From Eledone cirrhosa (lineage: Eukaryota): a stretch of DNA of 64,000 nt. The translations under genes and the position numbers were made by a program. This document shows positions 62,098-64,000 of the stretch, one piece after another; within the stretch, counting starts at the first letter, position 1; each line of letters starts with the position of its first letter. Location: contig OZ024750.1 of the NCBI GenBank assembly GCA_964016885.1, positions 54,126,001-54,190,000 on the forward strand. The letters run 5' to 3'. The notes below the pieces were generated by a model. It had not been told where the DNA came from, ran no database searches, and worked only from the letters and a program-made list of their open reading frames with translations.

Positions 62098-62686
62098 GGC
62101 ATACGTCAAGACGGGCGGTCTCAAAAGTGAAAGTAAATTTATTTTCATTTTCGAACGTCGTGTTTACATTTTGTGTGTGTTTAGATCTAAATTAGTTACT
62201 GAGATTAAAGACAGAATCAGAGCCTCTGTCGTTTTAACTGATTATATGTATATGTGCAGTTGACGGTTGGGAGAAGAGTACTCAATACCGAAGTAATCTT
62301 GTAATGAGGCTTGCAGAATGGTGAATCCGCCATTCTAGACGCTGCCGCCTTGCAGAAGTCCCAAATCGAAGCTCTGACACTCTCGTTCCCATCATTCAGC
62401 AGGGATTTTGCCAGGCAGCCGCATCATCTCCGATGGTTGGGCTTCCTATTCGGAAATTGAAGGTAGGATTTACGTTCATGATGTTGTGGTGCACGAACGG
62501 AACTTTGTAGATCCTGCGGACCTTGATGTGCACACACAGCTCATAAAGAACACATGGAGCCGTGCAAAGAAGAAGCTTCGTCGCCAGCATGTTTCGTTTG
62601 AACACACACACAAAATGTAAACACGACGTTCGAAAATGAAAATAAATTTACTTTCACTTTTGAGACCGCCCGTCTTGACGTATGCC
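62098..62686 (+). mobile_element. Merlin/IS1016-type DNA transposon deletion derivative (MITE-like)
   Basis: ~83-bp TIRs starting GGCATACGTCAAGACGGGCGG (62098-62180 and 62604-62686); internal ILPGSRIISDGWASY...HDVVVH..NFVDP...HTQLIKNTWS transposase remnant; flanked by (TA)n. Confidence 0.88.
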
Positions 62687-62799
62687 TATATATATATATA
62701 TATATATATATATGGAAAGTTATATTTAAATTGTTGTGTTACAACTAGTAAATATTTATAACTGATATAAAAGCACTCGACAAATATTTGGAGTATATT

Positions 62800-62897
62800 T
62801 ACAATATTAAATAAATGGAAACTATATTTATAAAACCATATTTATAATGAAATAAATATGGTTTTATAAATATAGTTTCCATTTATTTAATATTGTA
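62800..62897. repeat. Perfect 46-bp fold-back palindrome (6-nt loop)
   Basis: 62800-62845 is the exact reverse complement of 62852-62897; the arm matches 34391-34432. Confidence 0.9.
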
Positions 62898-62911
62898 TAT
62901 ATATATATATA

Positions 62912-63018
62912 TAAACGGAAAAAATGAAACGAAATTTCATTTCCCACTCTTAGTACGGCTGTTACTTAAATATAAGTATGTATACGTACATACATATATG
63001 TATACAGACGTACAGTAG

Positions 63019-63054
<36 letters not shown>

Positions 63055-63554
63055 CATCCACACATATATATATGTACGTATGGATTCACCGAACATTCAA
63101 AATGCTCGGTGTGTTTGTAAACAAACATCCCGTATTAAGCCGTAGTGTCTAGCAACCATCGTTGCTCGTTTGTTCAACACTGACAAAGGAACGCTGTACT
63201 AGTTTCAAGCGTATTAGCTATCGTCAGCAACGTATACCTTCCTGCCAGATGATTGAACGTCTGAAAGTATATACTTACCTTATGCATATTAACGGCTGAG
63301 TAGCCCAATTTGCATATCGAGTGGGTTAATCGGCCGGGTGCACCGAAAACGATAAACGGAAAAAATGAAACGAAATTTCATTTCCCACTCTTAGTACGGC
63401 TGTTACTTAAATATAAGTATGTACAGTGTTCCTTTGTCAGTGTTGAACAAACGAGCAACGGTGGTTGCTAGACACTACGGCTTAATACGGGATGTTTGTT
63501 TACAAACACACCGAGCATTATAATAAATGTTCGGTGAATCCATACGTACATATA

Positions 63555-63565
<11 letters not shown>
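62912..63565 (-). mobile_element. ORF-less hammerhead-bearing element with direct and inverted terminal repeats (retrozyme/pLTR-like)
   Basis: ~70-bp direct repeat 62912-62982 / 63353-63423; ~140-bp inverted repeat 63061-63199 / 63421-63562; hammerhead in between; (TA)n flanks. Confidence 0.75.
63192..63232 (-). ncRNA. Type I minimal hammerhead ribozyme
   Basis: CGTTG-CTGACGA-tAGCtaatacGCTt-GAAA-CTA-GTA^CAGCG: intact core, 5-bp stem I, palindromic ACTAGT stem III. Confidence 0.85.
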
Positions 63566-63586
<21 letters not shown>

Positions 63587-63663
63587 ACGAAGGAAATGTG
63601 GTAAGGAACCAGGTGGACCATAACGCACCAAAGTACTCAATACTTAGGGTAGTAGAGTGGGTA

Positions 63664-63741
63664 ATAGGAACGAGTAGGACCCCGACGAATTAGCCGTCGA
63701 AACGGCTTGAGCTCAGCCGTCGGGGTCCTACTCGTTCCTAT
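63664..63741. repeat. Perfect 24-bp GC-rich hairpin with structured 30-nt loop
   Basis: ATAGGAACGAGTAGGACCCCGACG / CGTCGGGGTCCTACTCGTTCCTAT; the loop holds AGCCGT-CGAA-ACGGCT. Confidence 0.88.
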
Positions 63742-64000
63742 ATATATATATATATATATATATACTACTACTATACGCCTGTATACATATATGTATGTAC
63801 GTATACATACTTACATATATGTATGTATATATGTGTGTGTGTATATTATATACTTGTGTTATTTCAGTTTACCTTTTACATATATATGTGTTGTGTATAC
63901 GCAGTTCTAACTCTACAATTGTTTTGGCATTCCATGAACGCCTCACATATTTCGAATAAGTCTACCACCATTTTTCTAAATTTATTCTCTCCTCTTCAAA

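Overview
AT-rich eukaryotic, repeat-saturated DNA with no recognisable host gene. The SINE families resemble those of octopus/cephalopods (recognised from memory, not searched). In order: SINE remnants; a ~17.7-kb array of a 39-bp satellite with higher-order repeats (1.2-19.0 kb); then SINEs, RTE LINE pieces, two small Helitrons and four Penelope-like (RT/GIY-YIG) fragments, three of which carry hammerhead-ribozyme motifs downstream (19-35 kb). A full-length but decayed Gypsy LTR element (5-bp TSD) is nested in a CRE-type LINE (37.2-42.2 kb). A ~10-kb (TA)n/(TATG)n tract is associated with three copies of an internally deleted RTE-derived element (45.3-58 kb). Two RTE LINEs carry a PHD-like finger inside the RT. 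The window ends with a Merlin-type MITE and small non-coding hammerhead/fold-back elements sitting in TA repeats (62-64 kb). Most ORF-track entries are artefacts of simple repeats. The best candidate for something new is the set of short, ORF-less hammerhead-bearing retroelements (retrozyme/pLTR-like) whose inversions start at the predicted self-cleavage site.
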